Virus record (IMG/VR): IMGVR_UViG_3300021093_000007
DNA from: a virus
Length of the DNA: 64,000 nucleotides
Reading direction: 5' to 3' (one strand)
Numbering within the stretch: the stretch's first letter is position 1; every line of letters starts with the position of its first letter. Positions 1 to 8,824 of this stretch are shown here, piece after piece. A program made the position numbers and the translations under genes. Below the pieces are notes generated by a model that was not told the origin of the DNA, made no database searches, and worked only from the letters and a program-made list of their open reading frames with translations.

Positions 1-253
1 CGACTTTGTAGAAATAAATGAGGGTGATGATGAATATGATCCTAAAAGATTATATTTAAATTATAAATGGGTTCCAAATGGTATTCATGGTAAAGTGAGA
101 CCAGTTTATCATTATGGTGTTGTGGAGGTTTATCCTGCTATGTGGGATTCCAAATATTCACCTTGGCCTAGTTGTCAATTATATTTTAGATATGGTATTA
201 TTGAGAAGGTAGTTCAAGAAACAGAACGATTTCAACTAGCAAGAGGTTATTGA
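1..253 (+). CDS. Hypothetical phage protein, 3' part (truncated by window start)
   Basis: Frame 2 open from window start (DFVEINEGDDEYDPKRLYLNYKWVPNG...) to TGA 251-253, abutting the next ATG. Confidence 0.7.
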   Translation, partial: DFVEINEGDDEYDPKRLYLNYKWVPNGIHGKVRPVYHYGVVEVYPAMWDSKYSPWPSCQLYFRYGIIEKVVQETERFQLARGY

Positions 254-646
254 ATGTTCACCAATAGAGTACTGGGAACAGATAATAAGAGACTCACCCT
301 GAATTGGTGGGAGTATTGGATTGGACACTGCTGGATGACTGGTTGGCAAAGCATTCGTGGAGCATTCCGCATTTGGAGTGACCTTATGACAGACAACTAT
401 AAGGATTATACTCTTCTTCATGATGATGATCCTTTTACTGAATGTTATGAATGGTTTTGGGTTACTCTTGGTGAAGATGAGGTTTATCCAAAAGCATTTC
501 TTGAACATTTGATGCAACTTGCAGATGACGTTGAGACTGGTAAAGAGAAGGTTTATCCACTGGATGAGGACTTTTTTGAACGATTAAAAGAACTTACTGA
601 TGGTGTTGATGTAAATTTATTTGGAGAAGACGATGAAACTAATTAA
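254..646 (+). CDS. Trp-rich acidic hypothetical protein
   Basis: 130-aa ORF in tightly packed + strand run. Confidence 0.75.
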   Translation: MFTNRVLGTDNKRLTLNWWEYWIGHCWMTGWQSIRGAFRIWSDLMTDNYKDYTLLHDDDPFTECYEWFWVTLGEDEVYPKAFLEHLMQLADDVETGKEKVYPLDEDFFERLKELTDGVDVNLFGEDDETN

Positions 647-932
647 ATTTAAGCACAGAGTTGACTTTGGACATGACTGGTATGTTCAAATTTTGAATAC
701 TGGAAGACACTTTCCTAAGTTCATTAAAAACTATTCATTAATCCAATTGTCTGTAAGTTGGAATGATAGTGCTGGATGGCCTTATTTGCAAATTAGTTCT
801 GGAGCTAATGGTCTTCTTAGTATTCTTTTTTGGGTTTATAAGTTTGGATTTGATATTGATATTCTCTCACGCACTTGGAATTTTGGTTACTTGGAAAAAT
901 TAGATGAAGAATCTCCCAGAAACCAGTATTGA
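633..932 (+). CDS. Hypothetical protein, paralog of 4217..4486
   Basis: ATG 633 after GGAG; MKL..D(F/Y)G..W..QIL..GR pattern shared with 4217 ORF. Confidence 0.75.
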   Translation: MKLIKFKHRVDFGHDWYVQILNTGRHFPKFIKNYSLIQLSVSWNDSAGWPYLQISSGANGLLSILFWVYKFGFDIDILSRTWNFGYLEKLDEESPRNQY

Positions 933-977
933 AACTGTCACACCCACCCTTGACTCTGCCCCACCCTGCCCTATAAT
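921..977 (+). promoter_or_regulatory. Early promoter, class A (upstream box, TTGACT, TATAAT)
   Basis: CTGTCAC 935, TTGACT 950-955, TATAAT 972-977; box-to-(-10) distance 37 as in other copies. Confidence 0.75.
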
Positions 978-998
978 ATTCTCATACACAACAAACCA

Positions 999-1406
999 AT
1001 GACTTACAAAGCAACTCTCAAGGTTAAGTTTGATACTGAATGGACTTCCACTTCTTATAGTAGTGGATATGATCTTAGTATGCTTCCTGAAGAGCATTAT
1101 ACTTTTCAGGTTCCTGCTGAAGACCTTAATGTTCATCAACTGTTTCGTTTCTTCGCAACTGTTGCCCGTGCAATGGGTCATAATGACATCAACATTATGA
1201 AAGGTGCTTGTAGTGTTGCATTTAGTGAGGAAAGAAGTTACGAAGATATGCGTAAGGTTGCTGATGAGTTTGAACTGACTTTGGGTGAAGACCTAAAAAC
1301 GAAGTTTGATGATATGCAGCAAGCAGAAGAAGAGTGGGAACGACTTAAGAAAGGTCCTATGGGAACTGTCCTGACTGATGAGGAACAATGCGAAGAGTCA
1401 CTGTAA
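999..1406 (+). CDS. Hypothetical early protein
   Basis: 135-aa ORF directly downstream of promoter. Confidence 0.8.
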   Translation: MTYKATLKVKFDTEWTSTSYSSGYDLSMLPEEHYTFQVPAEDLNVHQLFRFFATVARAMGHNDINIMKGACSVAFSEERSYEDMRKVADEFELTLGEDLKTKFDDMQQAEEEWERLKKGPMGTVLTDEEQCEESL

Positions 1407-1588
1407 AACCTAAATCTAGCAAGGCAAAGAACCGTCTTGCTAACTCTATGGATGGTAATCCTATCTGTGTTGTTGAGCAAGACAAAGGAGATGGTATGTT
1501 GTTTCTTGCTAGTGAAAACCAGAAATACTTCTTCTGGGTCAATGTAAGTGAAGACTGCCATTGGGAAACTGAATGGGAAGTATTATGA
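1388..1588 (+). CDS. Hypothetical protein, paralog of 21983..22171
   Basis: KAKNR(L/F)AN.MDG...C.VEQ...FL.S.N....FWVN shared. Confidence 0.8.
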   Translation: MRRVTVKPKSSKAKNRLANSMDGNPICVVEQDKGDGMLFLASENQKYFFWVNVSEDCHWETEWEVL

Positions 1589-1788
1589 CTAAAGCCCAGC
1601 AGATTATGAAGTCCTATGATAGAAAGTGGGCAAGTATGAGAAACAAAAACTGCTATGATAGGAAATATGCTATCGCACACCTTATTCGTGAGACGGCACA
1701 TCAAATCCTCCCACACAATCCCAGTCACCCATTTACTGCCTGGAAACAGGAAATGCTACAAATTGCTGATGAAATTGAGGCATTATGA
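1585..1788 (+). CDS. Hypothetical protein
   Basis: ATGA overlaps on both sides. Confidence 0.7.
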   Translation: MTKAQQIMKSYDRKWASMRNKNCYDRKYAIAHLIRETAHQILPHNPSHPFTAWKQEMLQIADEIEAL

Positions 1789-1967
1789 AACCTAAAATGC
1801 GTGTCATTCTTGAGATGGCGATTGAAGAAGGTGTGCGTCGTGGGTATGCACGAGCACACAAACATGTAGAGAATCCTACTGAAGGTGCTATAATAGAGCA
1901 CATTGAGGAGGCAGTGATGTCTTCTATCTACGAATACTTTACTTTTGACGAGGAGGATTATCAATGA
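1785..1967 (+). CDS. Hypothetical phage protein
   Basis: 60-aa ORF, ATGA-coupled, GAGG upstream. Confidence 0.75.
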   Translation: MKPKMRVILEMAIEEGVRRGYARAHKHVENPTEGAIIEHIEEAVMSSIYEYFTFDEEDYQ

Positions 1968-2203
1968 GCTTGATTGATACGCTAGAATACTTCATCGATG
2001 ATACCAGGGCACGTTGTTCTGATATTGAATGGGAGATCCGTGAGGAAGGAAACTATGCTCATGAAGAAGATCACACAGCACGATTTGATTACTTCTGTGA
2101 AGAGTATGATGAAGCAAAAGCACGGTTAGATGATCTGCTACAAATCAAATCCATTATTGAGGCACAACTTCATCAATGGATGGAAACAGGGGACGGCGTA
2201 TGA
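1964..2203 (+). CDS. Acidic hypothetical protein
   Basis: ATGA-coupled, GAGGAGG upstream. Confidence 0.75.
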   Translation: MSLIDTLEYFIDDTRARCSDIEWEIREEGNYAHEEDHTARFDYFCEEYDEAKARLDDLLQIKSIIEAQLHQWMETGDGV

Positions 2204-2370
2204 CTACTAAACCACAAACATTCAAGCATATCTCCCGTGCGATTGATAAACACGGAGTTCATCATCTTGATGCTCTGGATGAATTTGGACGGCACTGGTA
2301 TGCTACAATGGAACAGAAAGAAGAACCTTGGCTCACTTATGTTCAACACTGGACTTTGAGGACACACTGA
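2200..2370 (+). CDS. Hypothetical protein
   Basis: ATGA-coupled start at 2200. Confidence 0.65.
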   Translation: MTTKPQTFKHISRAIDKHGVHHLDALDEFGRHWYATMEQKEEPWLTYVQHWTLRTH

Positions 2371-2372
2371 TT

Positions 2373-2558
2373 ATGTTATTTGACGAACCACTACTAAATT
2401 CACTACAAGGAACTATGGCTACGATTGACCCCTATTCAGTAAAGAAAGAAGCAATTGATGAGTATCGTATGGATACTATTGAGGAACGACTTACTCGTAT
2501 TGAAGATAAACTTGATTTACTTATTATGCAACTAAAAATAGAGTTTTACAAAAAATGA
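2373..2558 (+). CDS. Hypothetical protein with C-terminal coiled coil
   Basis: IEERLTRIEDKLDLL heptads. Confidence 0.6.
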   Translation: MLFDEPLLNSLQGTMATIDPYSVKKEAIDEYRMDTIEERLTRIEDKLDLLIMQLKIEFYKK

Positions 2559-2728
2559 TTGACCTTATCAAAACACTACTCAAATCAGCACTTGCCACCT
2601 CCCGTTGGGGTCCGCTAACAGAGGCAGATGAAGAACTTGTATGGGACTCTTCTTTTGCTAAAATATTCAAAGCATCATCTATCCGCCGAACACCGTCAAC
2701 ACCACGCACTGCAATTACACTTGAATGA
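2555..2728 (+). CDS. Hypothetical protein (57 aa, not in ORF track)
   Basis: MIDLIKTLLKSALATSRWG..., ATGA-coupled at both ends. Confidence 0.6.
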   Translation: MIDLIKTLLKSALATSRWGPLTEADEELVWDSSFAKIFKASSIRRTPSTPRTAITLE

Positions 2729-2955
2729 CTCAACTTATTGATCCTTCTGATCCACGCTATTTCCGTCAAACATCTGACGAACCATATCTCCGTCACGATT
2801 ATAAATTAGTAACAAGCACTGGCGAATCTGTTATCTTTGATAATTATGAAGATGTGCAGCGTAGGTGGTTTGAGCGTGGTGGTAATTTTTTAAGTCACGT
2901 TGAGGTTCTAGATCACAAAGAACCGAAAAAAAGCAAAAAGACAAAGGGTTTCTGA
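2725..2955 (+). CDS. Hypothetical protein, paralog of 15625..15828
   Basis: TSD.PY..H.Y..V ... LSHVEVLD ... KGF shared. Confidence 0.8.
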   Translation: MTQLIDPSDPRYFRQTSDEPYLRHDYKLVTSTGESVIFDNYEDVQRRWFERGGNFLSHVEVLDHKEPKKSKKTKGF

Positions 2956-2957
2956 TT

Positions 2958-3419
2958 ATGATTGACTGGACAACGAGATTTGAAGCTCTGCCCGATGTAG
3001 AAAAAGATAAGATTGCTCTGTTGCGAGTGATTGAATGTACGAATGGTATTATTCAACACACCTATCGTGCTGGTGAAGATGATACACTGACTGTTGATGA
3101 AGTCAGAGATGCCATGAAGTTCTCTATGGGATGTATGAAGCGTATGGAAATACCTGTAGGAGATAAAGTGGTTACATTTGCACCTGAAACTGCGGAACTC
3201 TTCACTGAAATGAGACGATTGTATATCTCTGGTGCGAAACAAAACAATCAAGAAGATTTTAATGAGTTTCTCAAAGGATCTAAAGCAAATCTACTTGCAA
3301 TAGGTAAAGAACGCATCCTGGAAGCAAGACGACTTGCATTTGAACATATTGACGAATTACCACCTCATACACTAGAATGGGGACTTGAATACATCTTTAG
3401 TTTTGCTGGGTGGGTATGA
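2958..3419 (+). CDS. Hypothetical protein
   Basis: 153-aa ORF in operon. Confidence 0.8.
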   Translation: MIDWTTRFEALPDVEKDKIALLRVIECTNGIIQHTYRAGEDDTLTVDEVRDAMKFSMGCMKRMEIPVGDKVVTFAPETAELFTEMRRLYISGAKQNNQEDFNEFLKGSKANLLAIGKERILEARRLAFEHIDELPPHTLEWGLEYIFSFAGWV

Positions 3420-3721
3420 TGACTGACAAAATTACACTTGAACTCACACTTGAAGAACTCAAACTGATTGATAAGTATGTTGAGTTAAATGATGAGACCC
3501 AGAGTGTATTTGATAAAATCAAGTATGCTTATCCTAAACCAGAAACTCTCTATGATGTTTGTATGACTTGGTGGGGGAGAGTGTTTGATAATAATGATGA
3601 TATGGAAACTTGCATTGATGATTTGGTAGATAATATTGACTATTGGTTGCCGAAAGAACACGACACTAACAGTTATAAATGGAATGAGTGTATCCGAACA
3701 ATTAGGGAGAAACTACGATAA
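3416..3721 (+). CDS. Hypothetical protein
   Basis: ATGA-coupled ORF. Confidence 0.75.
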   Translation: MMTDKITLELTLEELKLIDKYVELNDETQSVFDKIKYAYPKPETLYDVCMTWWGRVFDNNDDMETCIDDLVDNIDYWLPKEHDTNSYKWNECIRTIREKLR

Positions 3722-3915
3722 TGCCTTTTTTTCCTGACTGCTATGATGAGTGGGGATTGTATCAGATCACCTACGATGGAGACCACAAACTATATGAAAT
3801 GTTGTTTGAGGGCACAGAAGAAGAGTGTCGTCAATATGCCTACGATAACTACACTGACAAGGAGCAAACTAACATGTGCTTGATGGATTGGGAAGCTAGG
3901 GAGTGGGATGTATGA
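3721..3915 (+). CDS. Acidic hypothetical protein
   Basis: TAATG-coupled, GGAG upstream. Confidence 0.75.
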   Translation: MPFFPDCYDEWGLYQITYDGDHKLYEMLFEGTEEECRQYAYDNYTDKEQTNMCLMDWEAREWDV

Positions 3916-4220
3916 CTAACATAATCAACAAACTACTTGCCATTTTTAATCTCAAACTTGTATCCACTAAACCAGATACAAGTTTGGCAAAAGAAACTGT
4001 AAAGTTCTTGGAACGACATAAAGATTATTGGAATGGTGATGTTTTTTTCCCTTCTTATGTTGGAGATATTAACTATGTCCAAGAATGGGTGGAAGGTGAG
4101 TTTCCGCAAGTTTCTGGTGGGATTTATATTTGCGAACGAGTATTAGGAACAGAAGACAAGTATTATGATTATAATGGAGATACTTATACAGCAGAGCAAC
4201 TTCAAGAAAAACTAAAATGA
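3912..4220 (+). CDS. Hypothetical protein
   Basis: ATGA-coupled ORF. Confidence 0.7.
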   Translation: MTNIINKLLAIFNLKLVSTKPDTSLAKETVKFLERHKDYWNGDVFFPSYVGDINYVQEWVEGEFPQVSGGIYICERVLGTEDKYYDYNGDTYTAEQLQEKLK

Positions 4221-4486
4221 AACTTTTTGACTACGAAACTTACGAGGATTATGGTAAGGAATGGTTCTTACAAATCCTTCCGCACGGTAGATATGCCCTA
4301 TTAGATTTTTCACTACAGTGGGATGAATATCATGGTGAGGAATGGTTCCCACGGATTGCTATTCATATTGGTGATACTACTGTGTGTGGATTTTTCATTC
4401 GTTATAGACGATTGTATTTTAGTTGTGATATAATTTGTATCAAACGTGATTTTAGCTGGTATAGAAATAGGAGTAGTTATGTCTGA
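4217..4486 (+). CDS. Hypothetical protein, paralog of 633..932
   Basis: Shared N-terminal pattern with 633 ORF. Confidence 0.75.
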   Translation: MKLFDYETYEDYGKEWFLQILPHGRYALLDFSLQWDEYHGEEWFPRIAIHIGDTTVCGFFIRYRRLYFSCDIICIKRDFSWYRNRSSYV

Positions 4487-4823
4487 ACCATACCCTGATG
4501 AAATGTTTGAGGAAGCAGCACGAAGAGAAAAAGAAAACAAAGTCCTAGACATCGCAAAGAACCTTATGGAAGAACATAAGGAAGCATTCCAACATCTTGC
4601 TGCGATTGAAAGAAAAGAACTTGCCGAAAAAGGATTTGAAGAACTCACCACAAATGAGAAAATTCAACTTGCCCTTGAAGAGATTGATTGGATTGTGATT
4701 GGTGGTCAAGATGGTGAAGAGTTTTATGGTTCTATTCAGTTTCTTCGTAAGGTGTTGAGGAGCCTTGTGATACCTGAACAACCGTCACAAGGACACACCA
4801 GAACCGACCTGGATGCCCTATAA
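4479..4823 (+). CDS. Hypothetical protein with Doc-partner antitoxin-like helix
   Basis: AGGAG RBS before ATG 4479; VLDIAKNLMEEHKEAFQHLA segment. Confidence 0.7.
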   Translation: MSEPYPDEMFEEAARREKENKVLDIAKNLMEEHKEAFQHLAAIERKELAEKGFEELTTNEKIQLALEEIDWIVIGGQDGEEFYGSIQFLRKVLRSLVIPEQPSQGHTRTDLDAL

Positions 4824-4824
4824 T
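4767..4824 (+). promoter_or_regulatory. Early promoter, class A
   Basis: GTGATAC...CCGTCAC box (4782), TATAAT 4819-4824, distance 37. Confidence 0.65.
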
Positions 4825-4847
4825 ACACTTGTACACACAGAACTCTA

Positions 4848-5087
4848 ATGTCTAACTTCTACACTTTACTTCCTGGAACTGATGTGCTCCGCAGTAAGAT
4901 TGATGTCTTTACTTGGACTAATCCCGAAAATGAAAATGAAACTGAACGAGTAGAACTCACAGTAGATAATGCTGGTATTTTCATTACTTCTTGTTCTGGT
5001 GGTGCTCGTGAAGATATGAGTATTTCACAGAAGGATTTGGCGATTGCTCTTGCTCGTGGAATTCTTGAAGCATATGGAGTTGGTTGA
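4848..5087 (+). CDS. Hypothetical early protein
   Basis: First ORF after promoter. Confidence 0.75.
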   Translation: MSNFYTLLPGTDVLRSKIDVFTWTNPENENETERVELTVDNAGIFITSCSGGAREDMSISQKDLAIALARGILEAYGVG

Positions 5088-5411
5088 ATGACTGACATTT
5101 CTAAACTTTCTTATAAAGAACTCCAAAAACTTGCAAAACAAATTGATGAACGCAAAGAGGTATTGCGTAAGTCAAAAGACTGTGTTGAAGGTTATAAAAT
5201 CACCTTCTGTGTAAAGTTCAATCCTGCTGAACACCAATTTGATGAATTGAAAAGTCCAGAAGATTTTGGTGATTATTTGGCAAATGATGTGGCAAATATG
5301 ATTATCAAAGATTTGGGTCTTCTGCAATCTGATGTAAGTGCTTTTATCATTGAAGAAATGACTGATGAAGATAAGGTAGAATGGAAGAACTTCTGGGAGG
5401 ATGATGAATGA
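5088..5411 (+). CDS. Hypothetical protein with N-terminal amphipathic helix
   Basis: 107-aa ORF, GGAG upstream. Confidence 0.75.
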   Translation: MTDISKLSYKELQKLAKQIDERKEVLRKSKDCVEGYKITFCVKFNPAEHQFDELKSPEDFGDYLANDVANMIIKDLGLLQSDVSAFIIEEMTDEDKVEWKNFWEDDE

Positions 5412-5707
5412 CTTACAAACTTGATCCAGAAGCAAAAGCATTCTCATACACTCGTGAAGAGTTGTTTGAGTGCATCAAAAAGATTGTAGCACACCCACAC
5501 ACTGCGATCACGAAGCACGACCAATCCCGTGCTCTTGCGATTATGATGGTGTTTGATGATTACTTCACCAATTACACTGAAAGTGATAACAATGGTGGGC
5601 ATTATGTTTATGAACAAGATGCAATTGACTTTATTTCTTTTGTAAGATTTAAACTTGGTATTGCTGGATTACCTGATGGTATTGATGTTGATGAGGTGTT
5701 GAAGTGA
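5408..5707 (+). CDS. Hypothetical protein
   Basis: ATGA-coupled, GGAGG upstream. Confidence 0.75.
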   Translation: MTYKLDPEAKAFSYTREELFECIKKIVAHPHTAITKHDQSRALAIMMVFDDYFTNYTESDNNGGHYVYEQDAIDFISFVRFKLGIAGLPDGIDVDEVLK

Positions 5708-5892
5708 GCAGATTTACTGAAAATCCTGATGAGATTGTGCTTCAAGACATTCAGATGTTTCATCTGGAAAGTATGAATGAGAGGACACTCTGGATTGGTG
5801 TCTATACAGAGAGTGATAAAATCTATCACTTGAATATTTCTGCTGTTGGTGATAAACTGAGCTATTGGTGGAGTGATGAAACCTGTGACTGA
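5704..5892 (+). CDS. Hypothetical protein
   Basis: GTGA-coupled, GAGG upstream. Confidence 0.7.
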   Translation: MSRFTENPDEIVLQDIQMFHLESMNERTLWIGVYTESDKIYHLNISAVGDKLSYWWSDETCD

Positions 5893-6091
5893 CGAACAAA
5901 AACTTACATTTCTACTTAAAGAACTTAAAATTTTAGCAAGAGAAACTCATTGTTATGATGGTAAAGGTGGTGGAGATTATTATGAATATCCACCACATGA
6001 TTATGATGTATTTGCTGATGGTGAAAAGTATGGACTGGTTTCCTTCGCTCGCAGTATTTTAGAGAGTATGGGTGAGAGTTGTGAGATTTGA
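5873..6091 (+). CDS. Hypothetical protein
   Basis: 72-aa ORF in operon; exact start uncertain. Confidence 0.65.
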   Translation: MMKPVTDEQKLTFLLKELKILARETHCYDGKGGGDYYEYPPHDYDVFADGEKYGLVSFARSILESMGESCEI

Positions 6092-6437
6092 AGAACCTAC
6101 AAAATGGGAACTCTTCCTTGATGGATTCCATAACTTCTGGAACTGTCTGGATTGTTATAATGATGGTGATACTTGGGGTTATGATGAGTTCTGGGAAGGA
6201 CTATCTCTGGGATGGTATATGGAATACATCTATCCTTATGATGACCCATATAATATCACCATTTCCCCTGAGCGTAAGTTGAGAATTGACCAAAGACCAC
6301 CAGTAATTTATGTTTCAGAAGAGGCATATGATAGACTGGTAGAGGCAATCAATTCACCACCAGACCCAGAATCTGTAGAGAAACTTCGTAAACTGTTAGA
6401 ACGTAAAGCACCATGGGATGACGATTATGGCAATTGA
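6072..6437 (+). CDS. Trp-rich protein with C-terminal DUF1778/TacA antitoxin-like tail
   Basis: VIYVSEEAYDRLVEAINSPPDP..EKLRKLLERKAPWD matches the remembered C-terminal half of TacA/AtaR antitoxins; no RHH domain. Confidence 0.7.
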   Translation: MRVVRFEEPTKWELFLDGFHNFWNCLDCYNDGDTWGYDEFWEGLSLGWYMEYIYPYDDPYNITISPERKLRIDQRPPVIYVSEEAYDRLVEAINSPPDPESVEKLRKLLERKAPWDDDYGN

Positions 6438-6675
6438 TGTAAAAGAAGAACAAGACGGATCATTTACTATTTCATGGGATGAGAATGATCCAGAGGAGTC
6501 TATGTTTAACACATGGACAGAACAAGACTTTGTAGATGCTATTCTTGAGCATTGCAATAGGGTCTTGGGACAGTATGAAGAGTGTCCACCAGAGGCAGAG
6601 GATTCCCTGGATTTGGCAGTAGACTTACAGAGTCCTTCAGAAGACAACCATGAAACCCTACCCCCTGGGTCTTGA
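6427..6675 (+). CDS. Acidic hypothetical protein
   Basis: DGSFTISWDENDP motif typical of cyanophage hypotheticals. Confidence 0.7.
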   Translation: MAIDVKEEQDGSFTISWDENDPEESMFNTWTEQDFVDAILEHCNRVLGQYEECPPEAEDSLDLAVDLQSPSEDNHETLPPGS

Positions 6676-6826
6676 CAATCCTTACGTTATCCGTGGTATC
6701 CATGGCAGCACACGTTGGGGATTGTATCATCGTGACACCTATCAGAAGATAGCAGAGTTTGCTTCTCAGACTCAAGCTTATGATGCTCGTCGTGCTATCC
6801 TAAAGGTTCAGGGGTATGATGCATGA
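6650..6826 (+). CDS. Hypothetical protein (58 aa, not in ORF track)
   Basis: MKPYPLGLDNPYVIRGIHGSTRWGLY... fills the gap in the operon. Confidence 0.6.
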   Translation: MKPYPLGLDNPYVIRGIHGSTRWGLYHRDTYQKIAEFASQTQAYDARRAILKVQGYDA

Positions 6827-6887
6827 AGGTATTCAAGTTCATGTTTTACGTTATTCTTGGAATGCTAGTTTACTCTCTTTTTAAAAA

Positions 6888-7079
6888 ATGAAAACTTCTA
6901 CTGCTCTTGGTGTTGCTTTTGGTGCTCTTGTTTTTGCCACTGCTATTCTATTATTTGAAGCGTGGTTAGTTGGGATGATTTTGTCTTGGTTTGGAGTAAC
7001 CTTGTCATTCTGGCAGAACTTTGTTATGATTGTACTTGCTAATATGATTTTCAAACCCTCTGGAGTTTCTTCTAAATGA
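6888..7079 (+). CDS. Small membrane protein
   Basis: Two hydrophobic stretches. Confidence 0.7.
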   Translation: MKTSTALGVAFGALVFATAILLFEAWLVGMILSWFGVTLSFWQNFVMIVLANMIFKPSGVSSK

Positions 7080-7194
7080 TTACCACAATTATGGCAGGAT
7101 TTGCCTTTGGTTATTGTGTGATGGATATTATCCAAAACTATCGTGCTCGACGCACTATGGATGAACTGCTCAAATCTACTATCGAAGGTGACAA

Positions 7195-7602
7195 ATGAAC
7201 AAACAAAACGGATTTATTGACCCTGCAGTTGCTGCTATTGCTGTAGGTGTGGTAGTGATTGGTGGTCTCATCTTTATTGGTGGTCCCCAATACAATGTGT
7301 GGCAACAATCTCTTGCTGGTAAAGCAGAACTGCAAAAAGCAGAATATACCCGCCAGGTAGCAGTTCTGGAAGCACAAGCAAAAAAAGATAGTGCTCAACA
7401 ACTTGCTGATGCTGAAATCATTCGTGCCACTGGTGTTGCTAAGGCAAACCAAATCATCGGTGATTCGCTGAAAGATAACCGTGAGTATCTTCAGTATCTG
7501 TATATCACTGGTATCGAAGATGGTTCTAAGAATGGTAATGTAACCATCTATGTGCCCACTGAAGGTGGTATGCCTGTTCCTACTCTTCAGATGAACAAGT
7601 GA
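7195..7602 (+). CDS. Membrane-anchored SPFH/prohibitin-like (membrane protease subunit-type) protein
   Basis: N-terminal TM, Ala/Glu coiled coil (EAQAKKDSA..AEIIRATGVAKAN), YLQYL..IYVPTE tail. Confidence 0.7.
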   Translation: MNKQNGFIDPAVAAIAVGVVVIGGLIFIGGPQYNVWQQSLAGKAELQKAEYTRQVAVLEAQAKKDSAQQLADAEIIRATGVAKANQIIGDSLKDNREYLQYLYITGIEDGSKNGNVTIYVPTEGGMPVPTLQMNK

Positions 7603-7656
7603 CACTTTGAAGACTGTCCACACCACCCCTTCTGGGGTGGTTTTTTGCTTTATACT
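7599..7656 (+). promoter_or_regulatory. Class A early promoter with embedded intrinsic terminator
   Basis: GTGACAC-N8-CTGTCCAC; hairpin ACCACCCC-TTCT-GGGGTGGT plus T-run 7622-7646; TATACT 7651-7656. Confidence 0.8.
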
Positions 7657-7682
7657 GACTTCAGTTCAAACAAACACCTCTC

Positions 7683-8144
7683 ATGACTGCTTCCACCTTT
7701 GACCAGTATGTTGCTGAGCAGGATGCCCGCAACACAATCCAACTCAATGTGACCAAGTGGACTTGGTTGTTGTGTGATGCTCTGCGTCAAAACTTTATTG
7801 ATTACAGTATTCGTGGTCATTACAAGTCTCTTCAACGTGGGGAAGATACTAACTATCACGAAGCATGTATTGTTGACTTGAAGAATGGTCATTGTGGTTA
7901 TGACTTTACTTTTGAGAGTGGTAAAAAATATCACAAAGTTATCATGAGCATTGACAATGGTGGCAAACTGCCCAACTCTCGTAGTGTGCATTGCTTCATT
8001 GACAAGAAGACTGGTGAAGTCTACAAGTCTGCATCTTGGAAGTCTCCTGCCAAAGGTGTTCGCTACGATCTGCGTATTCTCAATCAGCGTGAATGGTTAC
8101 TTGCCAACGCTGATTGGGCAGGTCATTATCTCTACGCTCGATGA
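7683..8144 (+). CDS. Conserved phage hypothetical protein
   Basis: SVHCFIDKKTGEVYKSASWKSPAKGVRY motif. Confidence 0.85.
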   Translation: MTASTFDQYVAEQDARNTIQLNVTKWTWLLCDALRQNFIDYSIRGHYKSLQRGEDTNYHEACIVDLKNGHCGYDFTFESGKKYHKVIMSIDNGGKLPNSRSVHCFIDKKTGEVYKSASWKSPAKGVRYDLRILNQREWLLANADWAGHYLYAR

Positions 8145-8316
8145 TCTATGCACTGATCATCCTAGCAGGATTTGCATGGGGAGGATTTGTCCTATTCTCC
8201 CCCTTCTTTAATTACCTTGATGAACAAAAACATGACAAAGACTGATAAACTTATCTTTGTGGGGTCATTCATTTGGTTCTTGCACTGGGGAACACGTCTT
8301 ACACAGGTGGTTTTTG

Positions 8317-8754
8317 ATGTTTTACTATGAAATCAATGGGTATGGTGCCCATAAAAAGCTTTGCGAGGACATTTTGATTTGGTTTATCACCAAATTCTAT
8401 CCTCGTCACAAGATTGATATTACTGTGAGTCATCGCGGTATGAAGAGAGAGGGTGCATATGGATATTGTGATATTATGGGTGGAGAACGCTATCCACGCA
8501 CCTTTTTGATTGAAATGCAGTCTAATATGAATAAAAGACTGTATGCATCAACTTTGCTGCATGAATTGATTCATGTAAAGCAGTGGATTGATGGAACAAT
8601 GAAACTCAATAAAGGGAAAAGGATTTATAAGGGAATTAATGTGGAGGAGTTGGATTATTCTGACCAACCACATGAGGTGGAAGCACATGAGAATGAGGAG
8701 AAGTATCTACTCACATTCATGTGTGATAGTGGTAGAGTGTGGACAGGTCTCTAG
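8317..8754 (+). CDS. Zn-dependent metallopeptidase-like protein (HExxH)
   Basis: TLLHELIHVKQ plus downstream QPHEVEA glutamate ligand; GYC motif. Confidence 0.8.
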   Translation: MFYYEINGYGAHKKLCEDILIWFITKFYPRHKIDITVSHRGMKREGAYGYCDIMGGERYPRTFLIEMQSNMNKRLYASTLLHELIHVKQWIDGTMKLNKGKRIYKGINVEELDYSDQPHEVEAHENEEKYLLTFMCDSGRVWTGL

Positions 8755-8799
8755 CTGGCACACTACCACCCCACGTAGGGGTGGTTCTACCCCTATAAT
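8739..8799 (+). promoter_or_regulatory. Class A early promoter with stem-loop
   Basis: GTGGACAG-N8-CTGGCAC; ACCACCCC/GGGGTGGT hairpin; TATAAT 8794-8799. Confidence 0.8.
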
Positions 8800-8824
8800 G
8801 AGTATGTTCCAAACAGGTTCAACC

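Noticed and set aside
5088-5170. H-NS-like oligomerisation helix (DISKLSYKELQKL)
   Set aside because: Generic amphipathic pattern; no H-NS DNA-binding motif; too weak to call
6672-6702. sigma70 promoter at TTGACA 6672
   Set aside because: No acceptable -10 at 16-18 bp, and the site lies inside ORF 6650..6826
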